From an uncultured Acidobacteriota bacterium (GTDB lineage: Bacteria; Acidobacteriota; UBA6911): DNA of 64,000 nt. Each line of letters starts with the position of its first letter. The stretch's first letter is position 1. The translations under genes and the position numbers were made by a program. Positions 43,679 through 53,373 of this stretch are shown one piece after another. The notes under the pieces are model-generated. The model searched no databases, was not told the DNA's origin, and saw only the letters and a program-made list of their open reading frames with translations. The stretch is taken from assembly GCA_963827655.1 (NCBI GenBank), contig CAWHCF010000049.1, positions 160,001-224,000 on the forward strand, written 5' to 3'.

Positions 43679-43783
43679 TTCGCCTCCCTGCGGATGACCA
43701 CGGGTAGTTGACGTTCAAGGATCAGCAGAGGTAAACTGTGCTCCGCTCAAACACTCTGGTCCCTACCCGAGCTGATTTGATCC

Positions 43784-43829
43784 AGGGCGCCGGGATTGCG
43801 GCAACAACCCCGGCGCCCTTGTCTTTTTT
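43784..43829. other. GC-rich hairpin followed by a T-run (terminator-like on +; lies in the 5' leader of the - strand gene)
   Basis: AGGGCGCCGGG...CCCGGCGCCCT-TGTCTTTTTT. Confidence 0.6.
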
Positions 43830-44035
43830 AGTGCCTATACGATCTCTCAATAACAAGAACGCAAAACAGAGGAATTTGCCTACCGAAGAAAATCATTTTT
43901 TTGCATCTTAGGTTGCAGTACTGCGGAGAAGGCAGTCAACTACCGTCTCGGTTAAGCCCAGCGCCCTCGAGCGGATAGACCGAACCGGCGAATCTGGAGT
44001 ACCAGGCGACCGCAAGGAAGCGCAGAAATCCTTAG

Positions 44036-47000
44036 CTACTGCGGATTGCCGACGAGTACAAAGGGAGTCCAATGAAGCGGTGGTGGATCGGAGGTGGAGA
44101 GGTTGCCCTTCAGGATGTAGAGTTGGGCCATCTGCAGCGCGCGCGCCTTCGAGATCGCCCCACGAGCCATGAATTCATAAAAGCGCATGTTGAGCGCCCG
44201 CGTGGCGGCGTCATCCACGGGCAGCAGGCTCACCAGGACCGTGGGAGCGCCGGCGTTGAGAAAGGCTGGAAGCAAACCCCAGGGCGTTTCGCCGTCGGCT
44301 CGAGGACCAACCCCGGTGCTGCAGCCGGCCAGATTGACCAGAAAACTTCTTGCCAGTCTCAGGTCTTCGATCTGGGCCGGCCGAAGATAAGTTTCTCCCC
44401 GAGGAGATTTAAAGACCAGACTCGGTCTCCCATCCACCGGCAGGGCGTGACCCGAGAAATGAATGATCTCCGCGTCTGCTGCGGCTTGGGCCAGCCGATC
44501 GAGATCTCTTCCGTCGACAAGGTGCGCGCCCAGACCGTAAAGCCTGCTCAAGTGGGCGATTTCTTCCGACGCACCGGCCAGATTTGACGTGCCGTCGAGA
44601 AGGAGCACACTGGCCCGACGCCCTGAAGAAATTTCTCTTTTCTTGGAGAGGCAGTAATTCAGGATGCTGCGCGATGGAGCGTAGGCGAGGGCGTGCTTTT
44701 CCAGAAGGTAAGGACCCGCCGGACTCTTCAGTCCGGCAAATGGCAGGGAATGTAGCGGGCCATCGGGCAGTATGACCAGGTGCTCGACCGTCTGGGATTC
44801 CAGCTGGGCCGCGACCGGTGCAATCAGATAATCATAGAGCTTGCGGGCAAGCGCTTCGAAGCGCGCTTTTCCGTTCTCCTGAATGCTCTCAAGGTATTGT
44901 TGTACTTGCCGGTTCAGTTCGGCGGCGGAAAGAGCAACAGCGGCGGCTTTGACTCCGTGACGACCGGTTCCGAATACGAAAAGCTCCTCGCTAGTGGAAA
45001 AATACTCGATGATAAACGTGTTGCCTTCAGGCAGGGTGAATTCCGGGCCACCCTTCGAGACAGCCGGACGGCCCAGGGCAGCGCGCGAAAGGCCTTCTTG
45101 TGCGCCCAGCTGTTCCTTGAGCGTCATCGACTTGGCGCGATCTACCCAGGCCAGAGCGGAGCGCGGGTCCTTTTGAGAGCGAATCACCACCGAGACCAGC
45201 CCCTGGTAAGGGTCGAAGCGTCGGATCAAAAAGCTCTGTCGTAGATTCCGGGCGACGTGCTTGCGCATTTCCTCCAAAACCTGAATTGCGTGCTCGTAGT
45301 GGTACAAGGCATCAGCGGAATTGCCCTCGAGCCGGCGGAGGTCTCCGGTGAGGCTATGAGCCTGCCAATCGAGTTCGGGGAATTCTCCGGAAGAAGTAAT
45401 AGACCGGCAGACACGCAGCTCCTCTCCGGCTTCCTCGAATTGCTTCCGGCGCATGTGGACTTGAGCCAGCCCAATGCGATTGCGCGCTTCCAGTTCGCGC
45501 ATTCCGCCTCCGGAAGAAACCAGGCTCTCCCTGAAGCGGGTTTCGGCGTCCGCCAGGTCATTCATTCTCAGGGCAAGGTCCCCGAGTTGGCAAAGGCGAT
45601 TGAGCCAGCGGGCTCGCAGGGCAGGCGCGGCCTGCATCGTACCCTCTTTTATGAAGCTTTCCTGCCTGGTCGTCGATTCCTGATAGAACGCACGTGCCTC
45701 CGGAAGCCGATCCTTTCGTTCCATGATCGCGCCAATGCTCTCGAGAGATTCGACCACAGTCTCTTCGTCCATCAGGCGATAACCTGCGGCCAATGCCTGG
45801 GTGAATTCGTCCAGGCTCTGGTCGAGCTTGTTCAAGTCCATATAGGCGGTTCCAAGGCCGTTGGAAGCGTACGCCCCCCAGGACTGCAATCCGTACATTG
45901 TGGACAGCTCTTTCATTCTAACCAGGCAAGGTATTGCCTTCTCGAAATCACGCTTTTCGAGGTGAGCGGAAGCCACGGCGCCTAGCGCCTTGGCGATCAG
46001 ATCCGGTGAGCCGGAGAGCTCCGCCGCTCGGAGCATTTTTTGGTATTCTGCCAGCGCGCTCGGGAAATCGGCCTTGCTGTAGTACCGCCAATTGCCGCGA
46101 AGGTGGTGCAGGTCGACGAGTTGCCAGTGATCCCGAAGGCTACCGAATCTTTCCTCCAGGAATTGGCTGTCTAGGAGGGCTGAGTGCAGGTCTTTCGACT
46201 GAATGTCTTCATGACGATGGGTATCGATTAGTTTCTGTAGTCTCGCATCCAGAGCTTTCTTTGCGCGCCGTCGGGGAGGGGAAAGGCCGGCGTAGAAGTC
46301 GAGCAGGCGCTGGTAAGTGCGATCACCGGTTACAGAACCGTACTCAGCCGTCAGGATGCCGGAAGCCCACCCCAAGTCTGGGGAACCGCGCTTTCCCTCA
46401 GGCGCCGTACCTTCGATCTGGAGGCTTCGCTTGAGCGAGTTCCGGATGGCATTCGGAATCTGGTAGGGAACCAGCCGAACCAGCCGCTCCAAGCCGGCGG
46501 CATCAAGGGTCATCGCGGCCCGGTTCACCTCTTTCTGGACGGCATCGGCTCGCGTCATCCGTATTCTCGCCTGGATCGCCCGGAGTTTTTCGGCCCATAT
46601 TGAAGTTGAGTCCCTGGAAAGATAGAGGTCAATCTCCGCCAAGGCTTCCTTGTGCCGCCCGTTGTCGTACAACGCGCGGGCCCGATCGAACCGGGCCTCG
46701 TCAGAACCTGGATTTTCCCGGAGCACCGCTTCGAAATCCTTGAGCGCTCGATCTATCTTGCTGGTACGCTCTACGGGGTCGCGAGATGCGAGCCCCTCCT
46801 CATAGAGAGCCACGCCTCGGCCGATCAGAGCCTGTTGATGGGTGCCTGTCTCAGCCAGAATCCGATCAAACTCCGCGCTTGCCTTCGAGAACTCTGATTT
46901 CGCGAGGTACACCGACCCAAGGCCTAACCGTGGTTCCAGCATGTTCTGCTGAAGGGCGAGGGCCTGGTAGAAGAGCTTTTCGGCTGTTTCCAGCGAGTCC

Positions 47001-47524
47001 TCGCCCGGCGAGCCGCGCCGGTTGGCCGAGGGCTGAAAGGGGAGGTTTAATCGCAAACCACTGGGACTCTGAGGCGCGTACGCTTCTTCCAGAGCGGCTC
47101 GGGCCTGCGCGCTGAAGGCATCAGCCTTGCTCCTGTTCCAGAAATAGACGGAGGCCAGCGAACCCGAGACTACAGCTGCTACGACGGCAGCCGCTACCGC
47201 TCCCCATCGGTACCATGCGCCGGAGAAAACGTAACGGCCCTTCCGGTTTCGTTCCTTCCAGGAGATCTGCCCGATTCTCGCGAGTGTTTCGTCGATTTCT
47301 TTTTTCGAAACTTCGCCGGTCGATTCGGCGCTTTCAGAGGGCTCGGGGTAAATAATCTTGATCAGCTCTCCGAGCTCAGAGGAGCACCGCGGACAGACGG
47401 ACAGGTGTGATTCGAGTTCGGCGGGAACTCTCGTTCCCGGATTATGCGTGACGTAGCTGTAAAAATCTTCCTCGTTCAAACAATGATCTTTTGTGACATG
47501 CGGGGCATTGATCTGGTTTTTCAT
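44036..47524 (-). CDS. Zinc anti-sigma - TM - TPR - CHAT (caspase-like) protease fusion
   Basis: HLSVCPRC, TM WGAVAAAVVAAVVSGSLASVYFW, multiple TPR-like helices, LYDYLIAPV, ILPDGPLHSLPFAGL, HFSGH, LAGCSTG, AFL.AGA, AL..AQ, W.PF..VG. Confidence 0.92.
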   Translation of the reverse strand: MKNQINAPHVTKDHCLNEEDFYSYVTHNPGTRVPAELESHLSVCPRCSSELGELIKIIYPEPSESAESTGEVSKKEIDETLARIGQISWKERNRKGRYVFSGAWYRWGAVAAAVVAAVVSGSLASVYFWNRSKADAFSAQARAALEEAYAPQSPSGLRLNLPFQPSANRRGSPGEDSLETAEKLFYQALALQQNMLEPRLGLGSVYLAKSEFSKASAEFDRILAETGTHQQALIGRGVALYEEGLASRDPVERTSKIDRALKDFEAVLRENPGSDEARFDRARALYDNGRHKEALAEIDLYLSRDSTSIWAEKLRAIQARIRMTRADAVQKEVNRAAMTLDAAGLERLVRLVPYQIPNAIRNSLKRSLQIEGTAPEGKRGSPDLGWASGILTAEYGSVTGDRTYQRLLDFYAGLSPPRRRAKKALDARLQKLIDTHRHEDIQSKDLHSALLDSQFLEERFGSLRDHWQLVDLHHLRGNWRYYSKADFPSALAEYQKMLRAAELSGSPDLIAKALGAVASAHLEKRDFEKAIPCLVRMKELSTMYGLQSWGAYASNGLGTAYMDLNKLDQSLDEFTQALAAGYRLMDEETVVESLESIGAIMERKDRLPEARAFYQESTTRQESFIKEGTMQAAPALRARWLNRLCQLGDLALRMNDLADAETRFRESLVSSGGGMRELEARNRIGLAQVHMRRKQFEEAGEELRVCRSITSSGEFPELDWQAHSLTGDLRRLEGNSADALYHYEHAIQVLEEMRKHVARNLRQSFLIRRFDPYQGLVSVVIRSQKDPRSALAWVDRAKSMTLKEQLGAQEGLSRAALGRPAVSKGGPEFTLPEGNTFIIEYFSTSEELFVFGTGRHGVKAAAVALSAAELNRQVQQYLESIQENGKARFEALARKLYDYLIAPVAAQLESQTVEHLVILPDGPLHSLPFAGLKSPAGPYLLEKHALAYAPSRSILNYCLSKKREISSGRRASVLLLDGTSNLAGASEEIAHLSRLYGLGAHLVDGRDLDRLAQAAADAEIIHFSGHALPVDGRPSLVFKSPRGETYLRPAQIEDLRLARSFLVNLAGCSTGVGPRADGETPWGLLPAFLNAGAPTVLVSLLPVDDAATRALNMRFYEFMARGAISKARALQMAQLYILKGNLSTSDPPPLHWTPFVLVGNPQ

Positions 47525-48255
47525 TGGATCGTAGCCTCCGAAGGCCCGGTTCCCGCAACATTCCTCAGACGATCCTTCAGTCGATTGAGGACTTTTTCAA
47601 CGCCCGGCTTGGATAGTTCGACCCCTTTGCACTGAGCGATCTGCGTGGTGGACAGGCCATAGGTAAAGTAAAGCTGGAAGATCAACTGGTCGCGAGCCGA
47701 CGATTCTCCGGAAGAATCACGGATCATCCTCATGCTTAGATCGGCAACTTCGCGAGCCAGGAGCTCGCGCTCCATCGACGCGTGTTTCGCGAAGCTGTCT
47801 GATACGTCGGTTCTCGACTCTGACAGGGAGGCCAGGGAAATCTGGGTATGGCTGATCGGGCGCTTGAGGGCTCTCTGGCGGCGCAAGAAATCTGAGACTA
47901 CTGATCGCGTGATGACCGCAAGGTAGGCCATGAACTCCTCTTCGGTGATGCCCGAAAACCGCCTCATGACGGAGCAGCCGTTTTGTACCAGGCGAACGAT
48001 CGTGTTCTGGAAAAGGTCGCTTTCCTGAAAGCCTCCGGACAGGAGAGGCGCGTCCGAAGGGCCGAAGGAGCCACCGCGGTTTTGCCGTAGCGTTCCTCGT
48101 ATGAAAGCCTTGATCTTAGGTGTAATACGGCGCAGCAGCTCGGACCAGAGAGCGGAATTTCCGGTGTCTTGTGCGCATAAAGACACCAGCTCGACAGTCT
48201 CGATGGCTATCGGGTCGTTACCGGGCACACGTTCTGCGACGACTTTGGCGGACAT
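47521..48255 (-). CDS. Divergent ECF-type sigma-70 factor
   Basis: DLFQNTIVRL, FMAYLAVITRSVVSDFLRR, C-terminal HTH GLSTTQIA..GVEKVLNRLKDRL; ATGA overlap with the CHAT gene. Confidence 0.82.
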   Translation of the reverse strand: MSAKVVAERVPGNDPIAIETVELVSLCAQDTGNSALWSELLRRITPKIKAFIRGTLRQNRGGSFGPSDAPLLSGGFQESDLFQNTIVRLVQNGCSVMRRFSGITEEEFMAYLAVITRSVVSDFLRRQRALKRPISHTQISLASLSESRTDVSDSFAKHASMERELLAREVADLSMRMIRDSSGESSARDQLIFQLYFTYGLSTTQIAQCKGVELSKPGVEKVLNRLKDRLRNVAGTGPSEATIQ

Positions 48256-48330
48256 TCAAACGCTATTCTATATGGGTCTCGATTACTCCAGCAAGCAAGA
48301 TAATTCTGTCTTCACGGGAGCCCATGATTG

Positions 48331-49662
48331 CTAGATTTTTTCGAGATTGTAAGGGGCGCGATACTCCTTCATGAGATGTTTGTTCGCCTCGCGGTCGTTG
48401 ATGAATTCTTCTTTGGCCGCATCCCAGTAGAGCTTACGGCCGGTCTTCAGGGCTATGTTTCCCAGAATCGCGGCCGTGGTCGAGCGGTGGCAAATCTCAA
48501 CGTCGGCGTTGAGTGTCGCCTGGCCGCGCACGGCTTCAATGAAGTTTCGCACGTGGGGTGTTTCCTGATCCTGGCCGCGTCCTCGAATAGGGGCGGTGTT
48601 ATAGGAAAAGACCCCCTCGTCAACAGTCCCCTTGCGGGTCTCCCGGGGGAACAGTTCATACTGGCTGCGGTCGGCGTAGAGCGTGGCGTCGGTGCCATAA
48701 AACTGGAAGCCGCCGCCTTTCGCGTCGATACCGCGGCTTACGCACTGAGATATGGAGTAGACCAGGATCCAACCCGGATACTCGTAGATCACCTCAAGCG
48801 TGTCGGGTGTTTCACGGTTGTCCTGAAGGGCCAATTTGCCTCCCGACGCGCAGACAGAACTGGGCGCCTCAACGTGCATACATTGGTGAATGGTGTCGAT
48901 CCAGTGGACGCCCCAGTCCGTCATCAACCCGCCGGCGTAATCCCAGAACCAACGAAAATTTCCCCGCAAGAAGCGATTCGGGTTATATGGGACTTTGGCT
49001 GCCGGTCCAAGCCATGCATCCCAATCTAATCCGGGCGGTGGGTCTGTATCGGGTGGACAGCCGATTCCTGCGGGGTAAGAGTTCCCCATGTTCCACGCGC
49101 GGACCTGGCTGATCTCCCCCAGGACTCCACTTTGCACGAGCTGTTCGACCCGCTTGAAGTGAGGCCCCGAGCGATGCTGGGTTCCCGCCTGTACCAGCCG
49201 GTTGTATTTCCGGGCCGCTTCAACCATTTTGCGGCCCTCGCCGATACTCGTCGCCAACGGCTTTTCCACGTAAACGTGTTTTCCAGCCTGGCAGGCATGC
49301 ACCGTGGGAAGCGCGTGCCAATGATCGGGTGTTCCTATGATCACGGCATCGATATCCTTGCGCTCCAGGAGCTTTCGATAATCACTGTAAACTTCCGGTT
49401 TACCGCCTGAATCGGCGCATGCTTCATCCGCATAGGGTCGATAGACATCGCACACCGCGGCGACCTCGGCCCCCGACCGAACAAAAGACTGCATTACCCG
49501 TTTTCCCCTGGCGTGAGGCGGACCGCCGGGGCCGATGACTCCCAGGACGATCTTGTCGTTGGCGCCGAGAACGTTCCGCACTGCCGGCGCCGCAACCAGA
49601 CCCGATGCCAGCGCACTCGCGCTCCGGACGAAATCTCTGCGGCTAACCCTCGGTTTCTTCAT
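48331..49662 (-). CDS. Tat-exported Gfo/Idh/MocA oxidoreductase
   Basis: SRRDFV, TPDHWH, YVEKP, GTQHRS, WLGPA, DWGVH.ID. Confidence 0.92.
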   Translation of the reverse strand: MKKPRVSRRDFVRSASALASGLVAAPAVRNVLGANDKIVLGVIGPGGPPHARGKRVMQSFVRSGAEVAAVCDVYRPYADEACADSGGKPEVYSDYRKLLERKDIDAVIIGTPDHWHALPTVHACQAGKHVYVEKPLATSIGEGRKMVEAARKYNRLVQAGTQHRSGPHFKRVEQLVQSGVLGEISQVRAWNMGNSYPAGIGCPPDTDPPPGLDWDAWLGPAAKVPYNPNRFLRGNFRWFWDYAGGLMTDWGVHWIDTIHQCMHVEAPSSVCASGGKLALQDNRETPDTLEVIYEYPGWILVYSISQCVSRGIDAKGGGFQFYGTDATLYADRSQYELFPRETRKGTVDEGVFSYNTAPIRGRGQDQETPHVRNFIEAVRGQATLNADVEICHRSTTAAILGNIALKTGRKLYWDAAKEEFINDREANKHLMKEYRAPYNLEKI

Positions 49663-49677
49663 ATCACCCCTCCGGCT

Positions 49678-50094
49678 TCAAGACTGGATCATCTTACGGA
49701 CTTCCTCGATGTCGGTAGTCTCCGCCAGAATCAACTGACGTGCCATCTCCTCCAAGGCAACGTCCTCGGCCGCCAGCTCCATCAGGTGCTGGTATAGCTG
49801 GAGAGCGGCCTCCTCGAACGCCAGGCTCTCCTGGAGAATGTCGATCACTCCGTGCTTGTTGGTCTCCGGGACCGCATCCACCTTGAGCGTGGGATGGCCT
49901 CCGAGCGCGGTGATTTTCTCTCCTACGGTGATTGCGTGCGTCATGGCCTCGGAGGCCTGCGATCGAAAGAAGGTGGTCACAGGGATGCGATTCGGGCCGA
50001 AGAGCATAAAACTGTAGTGCAAATATCGAACGATTCCGGATAGTTCCGCCCGGAGGATCGCGTTTAATTGGTCGATAATCTCTTTTTTTTCCAT
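49678..50094 (-). CDS. Short bacterioferritin / ferritin-like protein
   Basis: LN..L..EL...Y, ExxH (EAMTH), ITALGG.P. Confidence 0.8.
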   Translation of the reverse strand: MEKKEIIDQLNAILRAELSGIVRYLHYSFMLFGPNRIPVTTFFRSQASEAMTHAITVGEKITALGGHPTLKVDAVPETNKHGVIDILQESLAFEEAALQLYQHLMELAAEDVALEEMARQLILAETTDIEEVRKMIQS

Positions 50095-50335
50095 GGTGAT
50101 CAGCGCTCTACCCTATTTTCATTTGAGTCAAAATGAAAGATCCGAGCCGGGCCCCGGCCCGGCTGGCTGAAAACGAAAATATCAACTTTGGGCTCAGCAT
50201 CAAAGGGAATTCTTGAATTGACAAACGGCAATCGACGAAAGACAAATGGACTTTGCATTGGTTGTTGGTCAATCTTCTTTGGATTGCCGCCCGACTCGAA
50301 ACGGGGCCCAATCCTGAACGCCTGGAAGGAGCTAC

Positions 50336-51254
50336 ATGTCTTTTCGATACGATCTGGCTAAATTTATTCCGTTTCGCGACGTCGAAGCGCTCGAGCGCGC
50401 GCGCAGCATCATCAAGAGAACAGATTACGCAACATCCCAATCCGGATTTCAAGCTTCGCGTCATCGAGGGTTCCGCTGACTTCTATTTCAGTTTTGCGCT
50501 CGATATCGTTCTTCGGATCAAGGAAGCGCTCGAGAAAGGTCGAAAACTGGTTGTCATCCTCCCGGTTGGTCCCACTCCTCAGTATGAAATCGCGGCCATG
50601 ATGATCAATTGCTTCCGGATTTCGTGCAGGCATCTGGTGTCGTTCAATATGGACGAGTATGCGGATTCCGAGGGCAACACCCCTCCTGCAGACTGGGTGG
50701 GATCTTTCCAGCGCGCAATGATGGAAAACTTCTTCGGTAGGCTGGATGCCGAGCTTCGCCCGCCGCTGGGCCAGATCCACTTTCCTACCAAAGAAAAACT
50801 TGCCGATTACGGCAAGATGATCGCCGACCAGGGGGGTGCGGACGTTTGTTATGGCGGCATCGGCTGGTGCGGCCACATCGCTTTCTGGGAAGCCCATCTG
50901 GGCTTTGAGTTCGGCAACGATCTGGCGGCCTACAAGCAGGCCGGACCGCGATGTGTCGAACTTCATCCGATGACCATCATGCAAAATGCCCTGCATTCTT
51001 TCAGCGGCGACTGGTCTTGGGTGCCACCTAATGCAAATACAATCGGACCGGCCGAGATCCTCGGCGCCAAAGACCGCAGCTTCTGGCTGGACGGTTATCT
51101 CGGAGGCGGGGTCAGCTGGCAGCGCTTTATTGCGCGCCTGGTGGCCCATGGCCCTGTGAACACTCTGGTGCCGGGGTCGATCCTGCAGACGGTTCCGGGA
51201 ACCTATACCATCCTCGGGGGTGTGGCCGAAAACTGCGTGGTGCAGATGAAGTAA
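50336..51254 (+). CDS. NagB-like glucosamine-6-phosphate isomerase/deaminase family protein (frameshift near 50410)
   Basis: AAGGAG + ATG 50336 (MSFRYDLAKFIPFRD), ILPVGP, FNMDEY, GGIGWCGHIAFWE. Confidence 0.8.
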
Positions 51255-51392
51255 GCCAGGAAGTCAGGAGTCAGAAATCAGGAGTCAGAAGTACCGATCG
51301 AGAATCTCGTCGATTACACAGAATCGTTCCGCAGGGCGAGATCCTAGAACTTGACTGCGACTCTGCACTGATTCTGGCTTCTGACTTCCGGG
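51254..51392. repeat. Degenerate inverted heptamer array (AGTCAGR)n
   Basis: agccaggaagtcaggagtcagaaatcaggagtcagaag ... ttctggcttctgacttcc. Confidence 0.7.
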
Positions 51393-51397
51393 CTTCC

Positions 51398-53273
51398 TTA
51401 CTTTGGCAGGCGCTCCAGGCGTGATCGAATCTCTCGCACATCGAGGGTGTTCGAGGGTGAATCCAGGAGTCTGGCGTAGGCTTCGCGCGCAGCTGCCGTG
51501 TTGCCCAGCGCCTCGAGCACCAGGCCTCGACCGTACAGACCCATATCATAGCCGGGATCTGACTGAAGCGAACGATCGAAAAAATGCAGCGCCCGGCTCA
51601 GATCCGGCATGCTGGAATAAACCATTCCCTTGGCAGCCAGGAACTCTTTGTCGGCGGGGTCTATGGCCAAGCCTCTGTCCAGGAGGCGCAGCGCCTCAGG
51701 CAGATCTCCCTGCTGGTATTTTCGGATAGCCGCCTCGAGCAGCGCGCGCATGTACCAGAACTCGCCGCGCTTCCATCGCGATTCCGGGAGAGCCAGCCGC
51801 AAAGGCCATGGGTTCAAGATCGCCTGGTCGGGTCTTGCGTAGGGTGGCGGAACCGCCTCCGGAAATCTGTTGATCCAGGGAGGTCGCCTCCAGAGAGGGT
51901 TTTCGGCTTCATTTGCCGCCCTGAGCTGTGTAGTGGCCTCCACGCGCGACAACCATAGATGGCCTGATAACTGGCTGAAGAGCGGCTCGAGACGCTCGTA
52001 TTCCACCCCGGCGCTTCGAGCCGTGATGTAGAAGGCCTGGTAGTTTATCAGCGATCCCAGTGAGTTCACGGCAATTCCCGCCGCGACGAGCGCGTACCCC
52101 GCCCGCCGCGCCCAGAGTGAATCCGACGCCGCACCGGCCAATAGCGCCAGGAAAGGCGCGATCGGAAGCAGGAGCCGGGGGCCCCAGCAGTTTCCCCCTT
52201 CGAACATATGCCATTTTGAAATCAGACCAACCTGGGCCGCTATTGCGGCCGACAGTACCACCCCCGCCCACCGCTCGGATCCTCGGATGAGTTTCCATGC
52301 CCCGATTGGAGCAATCAGCGCCATGGGGAAGAACCAGAAAATTCCCTTTCTCAGACTGAAAGTCAAGCCCTGGAGTCCTTGCAGAAAGGGCGTGGTAAAC
52401 GATTCTTCTCGGTAACCGAATTCCGTCACGTTGCCGTACAGAAGCAGGTTCGTTGACAGGAGCGAGATAAAGGCCAGTGCGGCGGGCGCGGCAAAGAGGG
52501 CGGCTCTCAGAGACGCGTCTCGCACCGGGAGTCGCTGCCTCCATACGGCAGCCGCACCGAGGACCAGAATGGGCGCCAGGATGACCAGGGTCGCCTTGAT
52601 CAGAATCGCGTATCCGAGCGCACAACCGCCCAGCAAGACGTATCGGCGCCAATAGGCCTCCTCTTGCCTGGCTGCCAATAGACAATAAAACGAAGCGGCG
52701 ATCAGAAGCGCCTGATAGGGCTCACTCCAGTTGATCCCTGCGTAGGGCCATGCGAACGAACCCAGGGCAAAGCCGAGCGCCGGCCACCACGCGTTGTCCG
52801 ACCCGAGTCCAAGGCGCAAGGCCGCGCGCCATAGAACCGCCGTTGTTGCGGCTAGCGCCAGCACAGACGGAAAGCAAAGCATGATTTCGGACGCCAGGGT
52901 TCCGAAAACAGTGGCCATTAACCGGACCAGCGGCAGGTAAAGAGCGAGGATCAGCGGGTACCCGGGAGGATACTTGGCGTAGACTTCTCCCGATTCAGCC
53001 TGCTTTCCAAAGAACTGCCCGCCGATTCTCTTGGTCGCGAAACGGGTCGGTGCGGCGAGATCTCCAGTCTCAACCAGGTTGACCGCGCTGGTCAGCATCA
53101 GCTGGTCGTCGATATTCGTGATCGGGACGGAGCTGAACGTAAGGCAATAGACTGTTACAACGGCCGCGAGCAAAACGTATAGATTTCGTCTATCCCTCGC
53201 GTTCGCCGCCACGAAGGGTGGCAAGAACCGAGCGTTTCTTCCTGGGAGGCTTCTGTTTAGAACGCTTAGCCAT
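51398..53273 (-). CDS. Polytopic membrane glycosyltransferase-like (GT-C/ArnT-PMT-like) protein with C-terminal TPRs; 5' end probably frameshifted
   Basis: DD after TM1, YAKYPPGYP, WSEP, WGPRLLLP, TPR tail; ATG 53273 lies 7 nt after TATACT but in another frame. Confidence 0.75.
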
Positions 53274-53373
53274 GAGTCCCAGTATAAGACCGGAGGCAAG
53301 CTCCACATGGGGTCTTGCTTGCATCGGGGCCCAAAGGTTGCAAAACTCAGATTCTCGAACAACGTCGACAGTC

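Noticed and set aside
43703-43944. 10-bp inverted repeat GGTAGTTGAC/GTCAACTACC as an invertible promoter or IS200/IS605-type end
   Set aside because: Only 10 bp, so chance matches are expected in a window this size; no recombinase, transposase or IscB/TnpB gene nearby and no subterminal hairpin.
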